Of a DNA stretch of 64,000 bases, positions 30,673 through 40,063 are shown in pieces. A model generated the notes under the pieces. It saw nothing but the letters and a program-made list of their open reading frames with translations. It made no database searches and had not been told where the DNA came from. This stretch comes from an uncultured Armatimonadetes bacterium. GTDB taxonomy: Bacteria; Armatimonadota; UBA5829; DTJY01. Location: NCBI GenBank assembly GCA_963717145.1, contig OY970325.1, positions 416,001 to 480,000 on the forward strand. The letters run 5' to 3'. The position numbers were made by a program, and so were the translations under genes. How positions within the stretch are numbered: the first letter of the stretch is position 1; each line of letters begins with the position of its first letter.

Positions 30673-30688
30673 TGCAAGATTCGTGCCA
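30673..30688 (-). promoter_or_regulatory. Sigma-54 (-24/-12) promoter
   Basis: TGGCACGAATCTTGCA, identical to 25181-25196. Confidence 0.8.
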
Positions 30689-30804
30689 AAGCGGGCAGCA
30701 AGCCGGTAATACTGCCTGGAGATGGCCAGGAGAAGTCGAATTGCCCATGACTTTGCATCACGCCAGGTGGTATACTAGGCGAAACGGCGATGAGAGGTGA
30801 GATC

Positions 30805-31590
30805 ATGACACACGCGCGAATCATGTACGACATGACCGTCAAGGAGATAGTCGAGGGCCTGGAGGAGACCCGGACCGTCGTCATCCCCATCGGGATGATC
30901 GAACAGCACGGGTATCATCTGCCGACGAGCGTGGACGTCCACAACTCCGCGGAGATCGCCCGCAGGACGTCCGAGGCGACCGGCTGCTTCGTGACACCCT
31001 CGGTCCACTACAACATATCCGGCGGGATGCTCCCCGGCACGATCAACATCACCCCGCAGGTGTTCTCGCTCATGCTCATGGACATCATGCAGAGCCTCGT
31101 GATGCAGGGGTTCAAGAACATCATCCTGCTGCTGGGACACGGCGGCCTGGAGAGCGGGACGGCTGCCAAGGATGCCGCCACGTTCTTCCAATGGCTCAGA
31201 CCCGAGATGCCGGGGGTCAACGTCTGCCTGCTCGGATTCTGGGAGCTTTCGCCGACGTACTGGGAGATGTGCCAGAAAGGCGACTGGCATGCGGGCCTGC
31301 TCGAGACCTCGATGATGCTCTACTGGAAGCCCGAACTCGTGAAGCTCGACCAGGCGCAGTATGACGAGGGAGAGATACTCCCGCTCATGCGCAAGGACCC
31401 GTATATGTTTGCGAACAAGCTCAAGAACGTGGACAACAAGTTCGTCGTGCCGAGAATCATCCAGGACCCGCGAATCAAGGTGGGCGTCATGGGCGACTTG
31501 ACGGGCGCGAACCCGGAACTCGGCCGCAAGATCGCGGAGGAGTGCATCTCCGGCCTGGCCAAGTTGATAGCGGAGTTGGAGGCAGATTAG
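30805..31590 (+). CDS. Creatininase family amidohydrolase
   Basis: EQHG.HLP..D, GHGG and HAG..ETS motifs. Confidence 0.88.
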   Translation: MTHARIMYDMTVKEIVEGLEETRTVVIPIGMIEQHGYHLPTSVDVHNSAEIARRTSEATGCFVTPSVHYNISGGMLPGTINITPQVFSLMLMDIMQSLVMQGFKNIILLLGHGGLESGTAAKDAATFFQWLRPEMPGVNVCLLGFWELSPTYWEMCQKGDWHAGLLETSMMLYWKPELVKLDQAQYDEGEILPLMRKDPYMFANKLKNVDNKFVVPRIIQDPRIKVGVMGDLTGANPELGRKIAEECISGLAKLIAELEAD

Positions 31591-31593
31591 TCT

Positions 31594-31696
31594 GTAGGGG
31601 CGTGCCTTGTGCCGCCCACCCGGCGTACCGTTCCTGTAGGGGCGTGCCTTGTGCCGCCCGGCATGCGGTTGCAGGCGGCACAAGGCACGCCCCTAC
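31594..31696. repeat. GTAG-type REP cluster (two direct copies, one inverted)
   Basis: GTAGGGGCGTGCCTTGTGCCGCC twice, then the inverse. Confidence 0.82.
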
Positions 31697-31718
31697 AGCG
31701 AAAGTGCAGGAGGATAGG

Positions 31719-32899
31719 ATGCCTAAGGACAAGCTGCTGGAGCAGGAAGAACAGACCGGCCGCACATACGGCGGGAACGAACTGAAGTACCTGCGCGAGG
31801 TGATCGAATCCGGGCGGCTCTCCAGCCTCAACGGAGGGACGTTCGTCCCGCGCTTCGAGGAGGCCTTCTCGCGACTCCTCGGCGCGAACCACGCGATTGC
31901 GATCAATACCTGTATGAGCGCCCTCCACGCCGCCGTCCTCTGCGCCGATGCCGGTCCTGGCACGGAGGTCATCTGCGACTCGGAGTTCGTCTTCGGCTCG
32001 ATGGCCGTCCTGTACAACAATGCCATCCCTGTGTTCGTAGACTTGGACAATGTAACCCACAATATGGACCCCGACGGCATCGAGGCGGCGATCACCGAAC
32101 GAACGAAGGCGATCATCTGCACCCACGCATGGGGCTGCCCGCCGAGATGGACCGCATCGTCGAGATCGGGCACCGTCACGGCCTGCTCGTGATCGAGGAC
32201 TGCGCGGAGTCGCTGCTCGCCGACTATAAGGGGCGGTACACCGGCGCTTGGGGCGATGCCGGATGCTTCAGCTTCCAGGCGAGCAAGCAGCTCTCCCTCG
32301 GCGACGGCGGGATGGCGACGGCGATCAACGAGAGTCTGCGCGACAAGATCGCCTCGCAGGCCGGCGCGCCCACCTTCAAGTCGGTCGCCTACGATCTCGA
32401 CTACAACTACCGGATGAACGAGCCGACCGCCGCCGTGGGGCTCGCTCAACTCGAAGTCATGCCCGCGTTCATCGAGAAGCTCAAGGCAAACGCCCGCCAC
32501 TACGACGACGCGGTGGCGGGCTGCCCGTGGATCGTCCTCCAGCGTGGACCGGAGGGTGCGAACCACTCGTTCTACCACTGGGCGGCGACGTTCCAGGGTG
32601 ATGATGGGGAGCTGGCCGAGTTCAAGAAGGCGATCGAGTCTGCCGGCTTCGAGTCGGTCTCGGTCGGCTACACGGGCAAACCGGCGTACAAGCACCCCGT
32701 GGTCGAGGAGCGTCGGGCGCATGCGTTCCACTGCCCGGAGAACGCCGGCCACTCCGGGCGGTATGAGGAAGGCACGTGTCCGGTCGCCGAGCGCATCATC
32801 GCGCGCCTGCTCCTTGCCTTTGTCGTCGAGCCCGAGGAGACGGCCAAGCGCGAGGCCGAGAAGCTGCACCATGTGATCCGGCAGGTTCAGGGAGGATGA
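31719..32899 (+). CDS. DegT/DnrJ/EryC1/StrS aminotransferase, frameshifted near 32130
   Basis: N-half 31719-32130 plus IEDCA and FSFQASK..GDGG in another frame; the shift lies in a G run (possible sequencing error). Confidence 0.82.
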
Positions 32900-32971
32900 T
32901 GGAGAGTGTGGGAGTGTGGGAGACGGAGTCCGCCCACTCCCATACCCCCACACTCCCATACTCCCATACTC
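32899..32971. repeat. GGGAGTGT octamer palindromic element
   Basis: gagagtgtgggagtgtgggag...ctcccatacccccacactcccatactccc. Confidence 0.7.
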
Positions 32972-32989
32972 CGCGAAAGGGAGGCTGAC

Positions 32990-33724
32990 ATGAAGATAAT
33001 CGACGCCCATTGCCACGTGGGCTCGGGCGTGACCTGCTCGCAATCGGCGGATGACCTCCTTCGGCAGATGGACCGCCATAAGGTCGATTCGGCCGTCATC
33101 GTGCCGATGGACAGGTACATCGCCGTGCTCAACCGCGAGGGGAACGAGCGGACCCTCAGCACTGCGAAAAAGCATTCGAAGCGCTTCATCCCGTTCGCGA
33201 CGGTGAACCCATGGTACGGCGAACAGGCGGTGAGCGAACTGAGCCGGTGCTTCAATCTCGGCGCGGTCGGGCTGAAGCTTCACCCGGAGATCCAGGGCTT
33301 TCAGATCACCGACGCCATCGTCTTCCCGGTCGTAGAGTACGCGGTCGAGCAGGGGATGCCGATCTACTTCCATACCGGGACGGCCGTCAGTTCCTCGCCG
33401 TTCCAGCTTACCGAACTGGCGATGAGGTATCCCGAGGGGACGTTCATCATGGGGCACGCGGCCTATGCCGACTACTGGAACGATGTCGCCTCAGCCGTCA
33501 AAGCCGTGCCGAACGTCTACGTCGAGACCTCCCAACACCTGCCCGTCTTCATCCGCGCCTTGGTGAAGGAGGTCGGCGCCGACCGGGTCGTTTACGGCTC
33601 GGACTCCCCGAAAGCCGACATGGGGATCGAGATCGAGAAGATCACCCGCTACATCACCGATGCCGACGACTTGGAACGCATCTTCCGCAAGAATCTCTTC
33701 AGGATATTGGGAGGCAAGCGATGA
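32990..33724 (+). CDS. Amidohydrolase_2 family protein
   Basis: DAHCH, KLHP, FHTG, GH and YGSD motifs. Confidence 0.88.
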   Translation: MKIIDAHCHVGSGVTCSQSADDLLRQMDRHKVDSAVIVPMDRYIAVLNREGNERTLSTAKKHSKRFIPFATVNPWYGEQAVSELSRCFNLGAVGLKLHPEIQGFQITDAIVFPVVEYAVEQGMPIYFHTGTAVSSSPFQLTELAMRYPEGTFIMGHAAYADYWNDVASAVKAVPNVYVETSQHLPVFIRALVKEVGADRVVYGSDSPKADMGIEIEKITRYITDADDLERIFRKNLFRILGGKR

Positions 33725-34575
33725 ACACGATCGACTTCCACTGCCACTACGGGAACTGGGGTGGGGGACCATACCCCAAGGGCTCGCAGAAGAAGATGCT
33801 CGACCTGCTCGCGAAGCACGATGTCCACATCGCGCTGATCACCCCTCTGAACAGCCTGTTCTCCGCCTGCCCGAACCCCACCCCAGCCCTCCCCGCTACG
33901 GGGAGGGAGCACGGCGGGCAACTCCCTCCCCGTAGCGGGGAGGGCTGGGGTGGGGTTCGGGACGCTGTCGCGCAGGAGAACGACCGGATCTTCGAGTTCT
34001 GCAGCCAGTCGCCCGATCGGCTCTTCCCCGCGATCGCCGTCAACCCGCTGGCGGGGAAGGCCGCGCTCGATGAGATACGTCGCTGCAAGACCGAGCACGA
34101 CGTGAAGGTGCTGAAGCTCCATCCCTGGCTTCAGGGATTCCCGATCGCGACGCCCGAGATGGATGCGGTCGCGGCCCTCTGCCAGAAGCTCGGGATCGCG
34201 ATCATGTTCCACGACGGCACGCCGATGTACACGCATCCCCTGCAGCTCGCCCGACTCTGCCGCGACTTCCCCGGGCTGACGGTGGTCTCCGGCCATGCGG
34301 GACTCAGCGACCTGTGGCGGGAGGCGATGCTGGCCGCTCAGAGGTATCCCAACTTCATCCTCTGCCTCTGCGGACCGCGCGAGGCCGGGATGCAGGAGAT
34401 CATCGACTCGGTCCCGCCCGAGCAGATATGCGTCGGCTCGGACTTCTTCGCTTCCAACGACGACGATTGCGTCATCTGGTTCCGCTGGGCGAGCTTCCGC
34501 GCGGTAGAGATGCCGGAAGAGACAAGGCGAATTATTGAGTATGAGACGCCTGCGAGGCTAATGGGCTTGGGCTGA
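33721..34575 (+). CDS. Amidohydrolase_2 family protein with an in-frame palindrome insertion
   Basis: DFHCH, KLHP, FHDG, GHAG and GSD motifs. Confidence 0.85.
   Translation: MNTIDFHCHYGNWGGGPYPKGSQKKMLDLLAKHDVHIALITPLNSLFSACPNPTPALPATGREHGGQLPPRSGEGWGGVRDAVAQENDRIFEFCSQSPDRLFPAIAVNPLAGKAALDEIRRCKTEHDVKVLKLHPWLQGFPIATPEMDAVAALCQKLGIAIMFHDGTPMYTHPLQLARLCRDFPGLTVVSGHAGLSDLWREAMLAAQRYPNFILCLCGPREAGMQEIIDSVPPEQICVGSDFFASNDDDCVIWFRWASFRAVEMPEETRRIIEYETPARLMGLG
33871..33960. repeat. 90-bp palindromic element inserted in frame
   Basis: CCGAACCCCACCCCAGCCCTCCCCGCTACGGGGAGGGAG and its inverse; encodes PNPTPALPATGREHGGQLPPRSGEGWGGVR. Confidence 0.85.
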
Positions 34576-34604
34576 TTGAGCATCCGTGAGGAGAAGGGAT
34601 TCCA

Positions 34605-34838
34605 GTGGAGACGACGACAATATACATTCAGTTGCTGGAGGAAGGCACTGTCTGCTATCGTCCGACGGAGGGCGAGAGGCTTCAGGGCGGTTCGTATCGA
34701 GTGCTTCCCACTGAGAACTACGACCCGGAGGATGAAGTCTGGGAGTTTCCCCCGGGGTCGGTTGTGCGTGTGGAGGTCAAAACTCTACGCGATAGCTCGC
34801 CACATGACTGCCTGGTGGCCATAGAGATGGCAAGCTGA
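34605..34838 (+). CDS. Small hypothetical protein (L.EGT...RP / DE.WEF.PG)
   Basis: 77-aa ORF with RBS and lower GC, inserted in the operon. Confidence 0.6.
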   Translation: METTTIYIQLLEEGTVCYRPTEGERLQGGSYRVLPTENYDPEDEVWEFPPGSVVRVEVKTLRDSSPHDCLVAIEMAS

Positions 34839-34901
34839 GGAGTTCCTGCACTTGCACCGCAACGGGATGAAGGGCGTTCGCTACCAGTAACGGAGGTTTC
34901 C

Positions 34902-35966
34902 ATGTCACAGATCAACATTGGTGTCATCGGCTACGGAATACGAAGCGGCGGACTGATCGGGGCGCTCGGCGCGTTCCCGTACGCCAACCTCGTCGCGATC
35001 GCCGACGTGAATCCCACGGCCAGAGGGAAGGCGGCAAAGGACCACCCCGGCGTCGCCGTGTTCGACGACTACCGGGCGATGCTCGACTCCGGCAAGGTCG
35101 AGGCCGTCATGGTGGAGTCGCCTCCCCACACCCACGCCGCGTGTGCCATCGAGGCGCTGAGTCGCGGCATCCACGTCCTGAGCGACGTGCCCGCCGTCCA
35201 CACCATCGAGGAGGACGACATGCTCTGGGCCGCCGGGCAGAGGAGCAAGGCGGTCTACTCCTTCGGCGCGACCACCAACTACTGGGCCTACGTCGACGCC
35301 TGCCTCGACATGAAGCGGAAGGGCCTGCTCGGCGATCCCTTCTACCTCGAGGCGGAGTACGTCGCGGACCTCGGCAACCTGCCCGAGATCACCCCCTGGC
35401 GCAAGCACTACGAGCCGATCCGCTACTGCACCCATTCGCTCGGACCGCTGCTGAAGTGGATCGATGAGGACCTCGCGGAGGTCTCCTGCTTCTCCACCGG
35501 CAGCCACATCCGCCACGACCCGAAGGAGGACGACGCCATGGTCGCCATCTTCCGCACGAAGTCGGGCGTCGTCGTCAAGCTGCTCACCTGCTTCGTCAAC
35601 AAGCACCCGATCCCATTCCACCGATACGTCTGCCACGGGACGAAGGGCTACTTCGAGAAGACCCAGCCGCTCCTTGGCGGAGAGTGCCAGGCCCTCTGGT
35701 CGACGGAGGCCGTCTACGGGATGCGCGGGCTGATGAACGTCCCGGTGACGGAGACGCGGCCCGAGCACGCGCACGATGTCGGGGTAGGGGGACACGGCGG
35801 CGCGGACGGGTTGATGGTCAAGGACTTCCTCGACTCGATCGCCGGCGACAAGCAGCCCGAGGTCAACATGCGCGAGGCCCTCCGCATGACCCTCCCCGGC
35901 CTCTTCGCCCTCCAGTCATCCCAGGCAGGGGGCGAGTTGACGAGGATATCCTATCCCTGGGAGTGA
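34902..35966 (+). CDS. Gfo/Idh/MocA oxidoreductase
   Basis: GVIGYG, HVLSDVP, YCTH and GGHGGAD motifs. Confidence 0.88.
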   Translation: MSQINIGVIGYGIRSGGLIGALGAFPYANLVAIADVNPTARGKAAKDHPGVAVFDDYRAMLDSGKVEAVMVESPPHTHAACAIEALSRGIHVLSDVPAVHTIEEDDMLWAAGQRSKAVYSFGATTNYWAYVDACLDMKRKGLLGDPFYLEAEYVADLGNLPEITPWRKHYEPIRYCTHSLGPLLKWIDEDLAEVSCFSTGSHIRHDPKEDDAMVAIFRTKSGVVVKLLTCFVNKHPIPFHRYVCHGTKGYFEKTQPLLGGECQALWSTEAVYGMRGLMNVPVTETRPEHAHDVGVGGHGGADGLMVKDFLDSIAGDKQPEVNMREALRMTLPGLFALQSSQAGGELTRISYPWE

Positions 35967-36050
35967 CCGCCGGGTCGTACCCCAACTCGTAATTGTACTC
36001 GTACACGGAACGACGGGCGTATTCGCAGAGAGACCGGGGGAGATACCATC

Positions 36051-36840
36051 TTGAGCAACGCAACGTTCATTGCATACGTAGATGAATCCGGCGACGAAGG
36101 ATTCAGGCAGGTTTCAGGCGCATCCCAGTGGTTTGTACTGTCCGCTGTTGTGCTGAAGCGCGCCAACGACCTGAGGGAATGCAAGTTGGTGGACGCCGTT
36201 AGAAGCGGGATCAATGCTCAGCGGCAGCCTGAACACCGCATGCCTCCGAGGAAACCTCTGCACTTCCGTGATCTCGGTCATGACCAGCGGAGGTTCTATT
36301 GCGATCATATCGGCCGAGCCGATCTCAGGACTATCTCCGTCCTGGTCAACAAACATGACATTGCATCCCCGGAGAACTTCACGGAGGAGTCGAGGCTCTA
36401 CTTCTACACAACCCGGCTACTGCTGGAGTGAATCTCCTGGTATTGCCGGGACCACAAGACTATCCACGATCTCGGAGATGGATCGGTGAAGGTGGTCTTC
36501 TCGAACAGGGCGACCATGAACTACAAAGCTCTGCAACAGTATCTGGAGTACCTCGATACGAACCGTGCGGCGCTCGGTTACCGGGCCGCACCGGAGATCA
36601 TCCGACCTGATCAGATATCATCCTTCACCGCTGGGAAACGAGATAGCCGACGCGGTTGCCTGCAGTTACTTCAAGGCAGTGGAGGCAAACGCCTTCGGCT
36701 TCACAGAGGAATCGTACGCAAAGTCTATCGTCGCCAGGGCATATAGACATAATGGCGAACTCTGGGGCTACGGTCTCAAGGTCATGCCCAGGGAGACTGA
36801 GGAGAAACGGCGTGCAGGAGGGATACTACAGGGCTGGTAG
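36051..36840 (+). pseudogene. DUF3800 domain protein, disrupted
   Basis: YVDESGD, LHFRD and IADAVA motifs; in-frame TGA at 36429-36431 and a frameshift near 36640. Confidence 0.8.
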
Positions 36841-36853
36841 CGGCTGAGGAGGC

Positions 36854-36945
36854 AAAAAAATAGCAGGTCCCGGGTCGTAGGATCCCACCGACCAGCGGCT
36901 GCCGCCCGTAAGGGCGACCTACGAGAGTCCCCGCGCATACCTGCA
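36854..36945 (-). ncRNA. Putative DUF3800-associated structured ncRNA, convergent to the gene
   Basis: Nested stems GCAGGT/ACCTGC, TCGTAGG/CCTACGA and CGCCC/GGGCG; U7 tail; own promoter. Confidence 0.7.
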
Positions 36946-36950
36946 TACAC

Positions 36951-36979
36951 ATTGTACCATTGCGTAACGCACTTTGCAA
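36951..36979 (-). promoter_or_regulatory. Sigma-70 promoter of the putative ncRNA
   Basis: TTGCAA-N17-TACAAT with extended TG; predicted TSS ~36944 at the 5' stem. Confidence 0.7.
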
Positions 36980-37007
36980 CACTTTTTGTAATCTTTTGCG
37001 TTACGAA

Positions 37008-37091
37008 CGCATGACGCTCCCCGGCCTCTTCGCCCTCCAGTCATCCCAGTCCGGCGGGCAGTTGACGAAGATCACCCATCCCTGGGAGTGA
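37008..37091 (+). repeat. Copy 2 of the oxidoreductase 3' end (35883-35966)
   Basis: 84 bp, RMTLPGLFALQSSQSGGQLTKITHPWE*. Confidence 0.9.
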
Positions 37092-37102
37092 CCCGTCGGC
37101 GG

Positions 37103-37131
37103 GTGACTTTGCGCAGACATTGAGGTATAAT
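37103..37131 (+). promoter_or_regulatory. Cassette promoter GTGACT-N17-TATAAT
   Basis: Shares ACATTGAGGTATAATG with 57011-57040. Confidence 0.65.
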
Positions 37132-37147
37132 GCCCGTGGAGGCTGAC

Positions 37148-37369
37148 ATGAAGCTCGACCGCATAACATTTCACCCCAATATCCTCGGCGGCAAGGCGTG
37201 CATCCGGGGAATGCGCATCTCCGCGTCCCTGGTGGTGAACCTCGTCGCGAACGGCATGACCCGCCCGGAGATACTCGAGGCCTATCCCGATCTCGAAGAC
37301 GAGGACATAACCCAGGCGCTCAAGTACGCCGCCTGGACTGCCGGCGATCTTGTGACCGAGGCGGCATAG
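37148..37369 (+). CDS. DUF433 antitoxin
   Basis: RI...P.ILGGKACIRG.RI, EILEAYPDL and EDI..ALKYAA motifs. Confidence 0.92.
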   Translation: MKLDRITFHPNILGGKACIRGMRISASLVVNLVANGMTRPEILEAYPDLEDEDITQALKYAAWTAGDLVTEAA

Positions 37370-37371
37370 TG

Positions 37372-37422
37372 ATGCCCTTGCGCTTCCTGGCAGACATGGG
37401 GATCTCCACGACGACCCGCTAG
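37372..37422 (+). pseudogene. Truncated DUF5615 PIN-like toxin
   Basis: LRFLADMGIS N-terminus, cut off at repeat copy 3. Confidence 0.7.
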
Positions 37423-37423
37423 T

Positions 37424-37547
37424 CCCTCCGCATGACGCTCCCCGGCCTCTTCGCCCACCGGTCATCGAAGGCAGGAGGAGAGCTGACGAAGATCACCTAT
37501 CCCTGGGAGTGACCGCCGGGTCGTACCCCAACTCGTAATCGTACTCG
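37424..37547 (+). repeat. Copy 3 of the oxidoreductase 3' end plus 35 bp of downstream flank
   Basis: LRMTLPGLFAHRSSKAGGELTKITYPWE* then CCGCCGGGTCGTACCCCAACTCGTAAT as at 35967-35993. Confidence 0.9.
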
Positions 37548-37688
37548 GAGCGATGGGGGTATCCTCGGGGGGGTTGCACTTCCTCCTGCGTGCCCGAACC
37601 CAAGCAGGAAAGCATCCTCTCAGTATATAATCCATATAAGAGCAAGGAACACAGATGCGAGTTACCCCACCGCCCAGAGGAGCCGCTC

Positions 37689-39980
37689 ATGCCAATACTG
37701 ACCGAACAGGAACAGCAGGAAGTCATCCGCTACATCGAGGCCGGGAAGCCCCTGCCGGATAAGTACCGCTTCCTGCTGTTCGAGGAGAAGCGCGAGGTCG
37801 AACTCGTCTGGAACGGGAAGACCGGCGAGGTTACCAACGTTGTCCTGCCGTTTCAGGTGATCGAGCAGGTAGATGAACCCCGCGCTGAGAAGCCGGAGGA
37901 TACCTCCCTCCAACTCGGCATGTTCGACACTCGCGGTCGGCAGAAGAAGGGCTGGACCAACAAGCTTATCTGGGGCGACAACAAGCTGATCCTCTCCAGC
38001 CTGAAGAACGGTCCCCTGCGCGAGGAGATCGAGAAGCAGGGCGGACTCAAGCTGATCTACATCGACCCGCCGTTCGACGTAGGCGCGGACTTCTCGATGG
38101 ATATCGAGATCGGCGGCGACACCTTCACCAAGAAGCCGAACATCCTGGAGGAGATCGCCTACCGTGATACTTGGGGCAAGGGCGCGGATTCCTTCATCGC
38201 CATGATCTATGAGCGGCTCATGCTCATGCGCGATCTCTTGGCGGACGATGGAAGCATCTACGTGCACTGCGATTGGCGAGTGAATAGTCACATGAGATTT
38301 GTGCTCGATGAGATATTTGGGACAGATACCCAGATAAACGAGCTTATCTGGCAACGATCGAACCCTCACAACGATACAAAGCGGTATGGATGCATTCATG
38401 ACACCATCTTTGTGTATTCCAGGAGTGCGGATTACATCTTCCAGACTCAGTTCACTCCTCCTTCGGAGTCATACATCCGGAGTCACTTCACCCAAGAAGA
38501 CGAAGCTGGGCGGAAGTATACGCTCATGCCTCTGATGGCTAGTGGATCCGGACCAGCAAGACGTTTTGGAGACAAGACGTTGACTCCGCCTCCGGGGACT
38601 CACTGGCGATGGACGCAAGAGCGAATCGACGATGCTATGAACAACGGCATCATTGTTTTCACGAGTGGCGGCACTCCAAGATACAAATTCTATGCGGATC
38701 AGTCTAAGGGAAGGCCCCTGCAGTCAGTATGGAGTGATCTAGTTCCTATCAACTCCCAATCGGCAGAAAGATTGGACTACCCCACGCAGAAACCGGAAAC
38801 TCTGCTGGATCGGATCATCAGAGCATCGTCCAACGAGGGCGATCTTGTGGCCGACTTCTTCTGCGGGTCCGGCACTACCGCCGCTGTTGCCGAAAAGCTC
38901 GGGCGGAAGTGGATCGTCACCGACCTCGGCAAGTTCGCCATCCACACGACCCGTAAGCGGATGATCGGCGTTCAGCGCGAACTCAAGAAGGATGGCAAGG
39001 ACTACCGGGCGTTCGAAATCCTCAACCTCGGCAAGTACGAGCGCCAGCACTACATCGGCGTGAACCCCAACCTGCGTGAGGCCGAGCAGCAGAAGCAACT
39101 GGAGGAGAAGGAAGCCGCCTTCCTCGACCTGATTCTCCGCGCCTACCGCGCTGAGAAGATCGACGGATTCAACACCTTCCACGGCAAGAAGGCCGGGCGG
39201 CTCGTGGCGGTCGGCCCGGTGAACCTTCCCGTGACCCGCCTCTTCGTCGAAGAGGTCATCCTGGAGTGCCGCCAGAAGCACATCACCCGCGTGGACATCC
39301 TCAGCTTCGAGTTCGAGATGGGACTCTTCCCGAATGTCCTGGATGAGGCCCGCGCGAAGGGGATAGACATCGCCCCGAAGTATATCCCCGCCGAGGTATT
39401 CGACAAGCGCGCCGTCGAGAAGAACCAGGTCGTGTTCCATGACGTCTCCTTCATCGAAGTTACACCCCATGTGAAGGGAAACACTGTCGCGGTGGAACTG
39501 ACTGATTTCTCCGTGTTCTACTCCCAGGACTCCATCGCCAACGCAGAGGCGACGATCAAGGACAAGAGCAGCAGGATCGTGGTCGAGAAGGGGCAGATCG
39601 TCAAGGTAAGCAAGGACAAGGACGGCATCGTCACCCGCGAAGTCCTCACCAAGGAATGGACCGACTGGATTGACTACTGGGCGGTGGACTTCCAGTTCGA
39701 GAGCAAGCGGGAGATCATCCGCCGAAAGCTGATACCGGCGGAACAGGAGTCGCTCGACGGACTCGAACCGCCGCAGATGGACCTGGCGCAATACGAGGAA
39801 GTCTGGACCGGCGACTACATCTTCGAGAACGAGTGGCAGTCGTTCCGCACGAAGAAGGACCGATCACTGGAACTGACGAGCGTCTACCACGAGTGCACGA
39901 AGGGACGGCGGAAGGTGGCAGTCAAGGTCGTAGATATCTTCGGCAACGACACGATGACGATTGTGGAAGTCAGCGTCTAG
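37689..39980 (+). CDS. mod: Type III R-M adenine methyltransferase (Mod)
   Basis: IYIDPPF, YPTQKPE and DFFCGSGTT motifs (beta order). Confidence 0.88.
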   Translation: MPILTEQEQQEVIRYIEAGKPLPDKYRFLLFEEKREVELVWNGKTGEVTNVVLPFQVIEQVDEPRAEKPEDTSLQLGMFDTRGRQKKGWTNKLIWGDNKLILSSLKNGPLREEIEKQGGLKLIYIDPPFDVGADFSMDIEIGGDTFTKKPNILEEIAYRDTWGKGADSFIAMIYERLMLMRDLLADDGSIYVHCDWRVNSHMRFVLDEIFGTDTQINELIWQRSNPHNDTKRYGCIHDTIFVYSRSADYIFQTQFTPPSESYIRSHFTQEDEAGRKYTLMPLMASGSGPARRFGDKTLTPPPGTHWRWTQERIDDAMNNGIIVFTSGGTPRYKFYADQSKGRPLQSVWSDLVPINSQSAERLDYPTQKPETLLDRIIRASSNEGDLVADFFCGSGTTAAVAEKLGRKWIVTDLGKFAIHTTRKRMIGVQRELKKDGKDYRAFEILNLGKYERQHYIGVNPNLREAEQQKQLEEKEAAFLDLILRAYRAEKIDGFNTFHGKKAGRLVAVGPVNLPVTRLFVEEVILECRQKHITRVDILSFEFEMGLFPNVLDEARAKGIDIAPKYIPAEVFDKRAVEKNQVVFHDVSFIEVTPHVKGNTVAVELTDFSVFYSQDSIANAEATIKDKSSRIVVEKGQIVKVSKDKDGIVTREVLTKEWTDWIDYWAVDFQFESKREIIRRKLIPAEQESLDGLEPPQMDLAQYEEVWTGDYIFENEWQSFRTKKDRSLELTSVYHECTKGRRKVAVKVVDIFGNDTMTIVEVSV

Positions 39981-40000
39981 ACCCCTCGAATTCGAGGGGT
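39981..40000. repeat. Perfect 20-bp palindrome after mod
   Basis: ACCCCTCGAATTCGAGGGGT. Confidence 0.7.
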
Positions 40001-40063
40001 TTGGAATGGACAGAAGACCATGTTGCTGATGTCAGCACAATGGTCGAGTAGAGGGAGGGGCGC

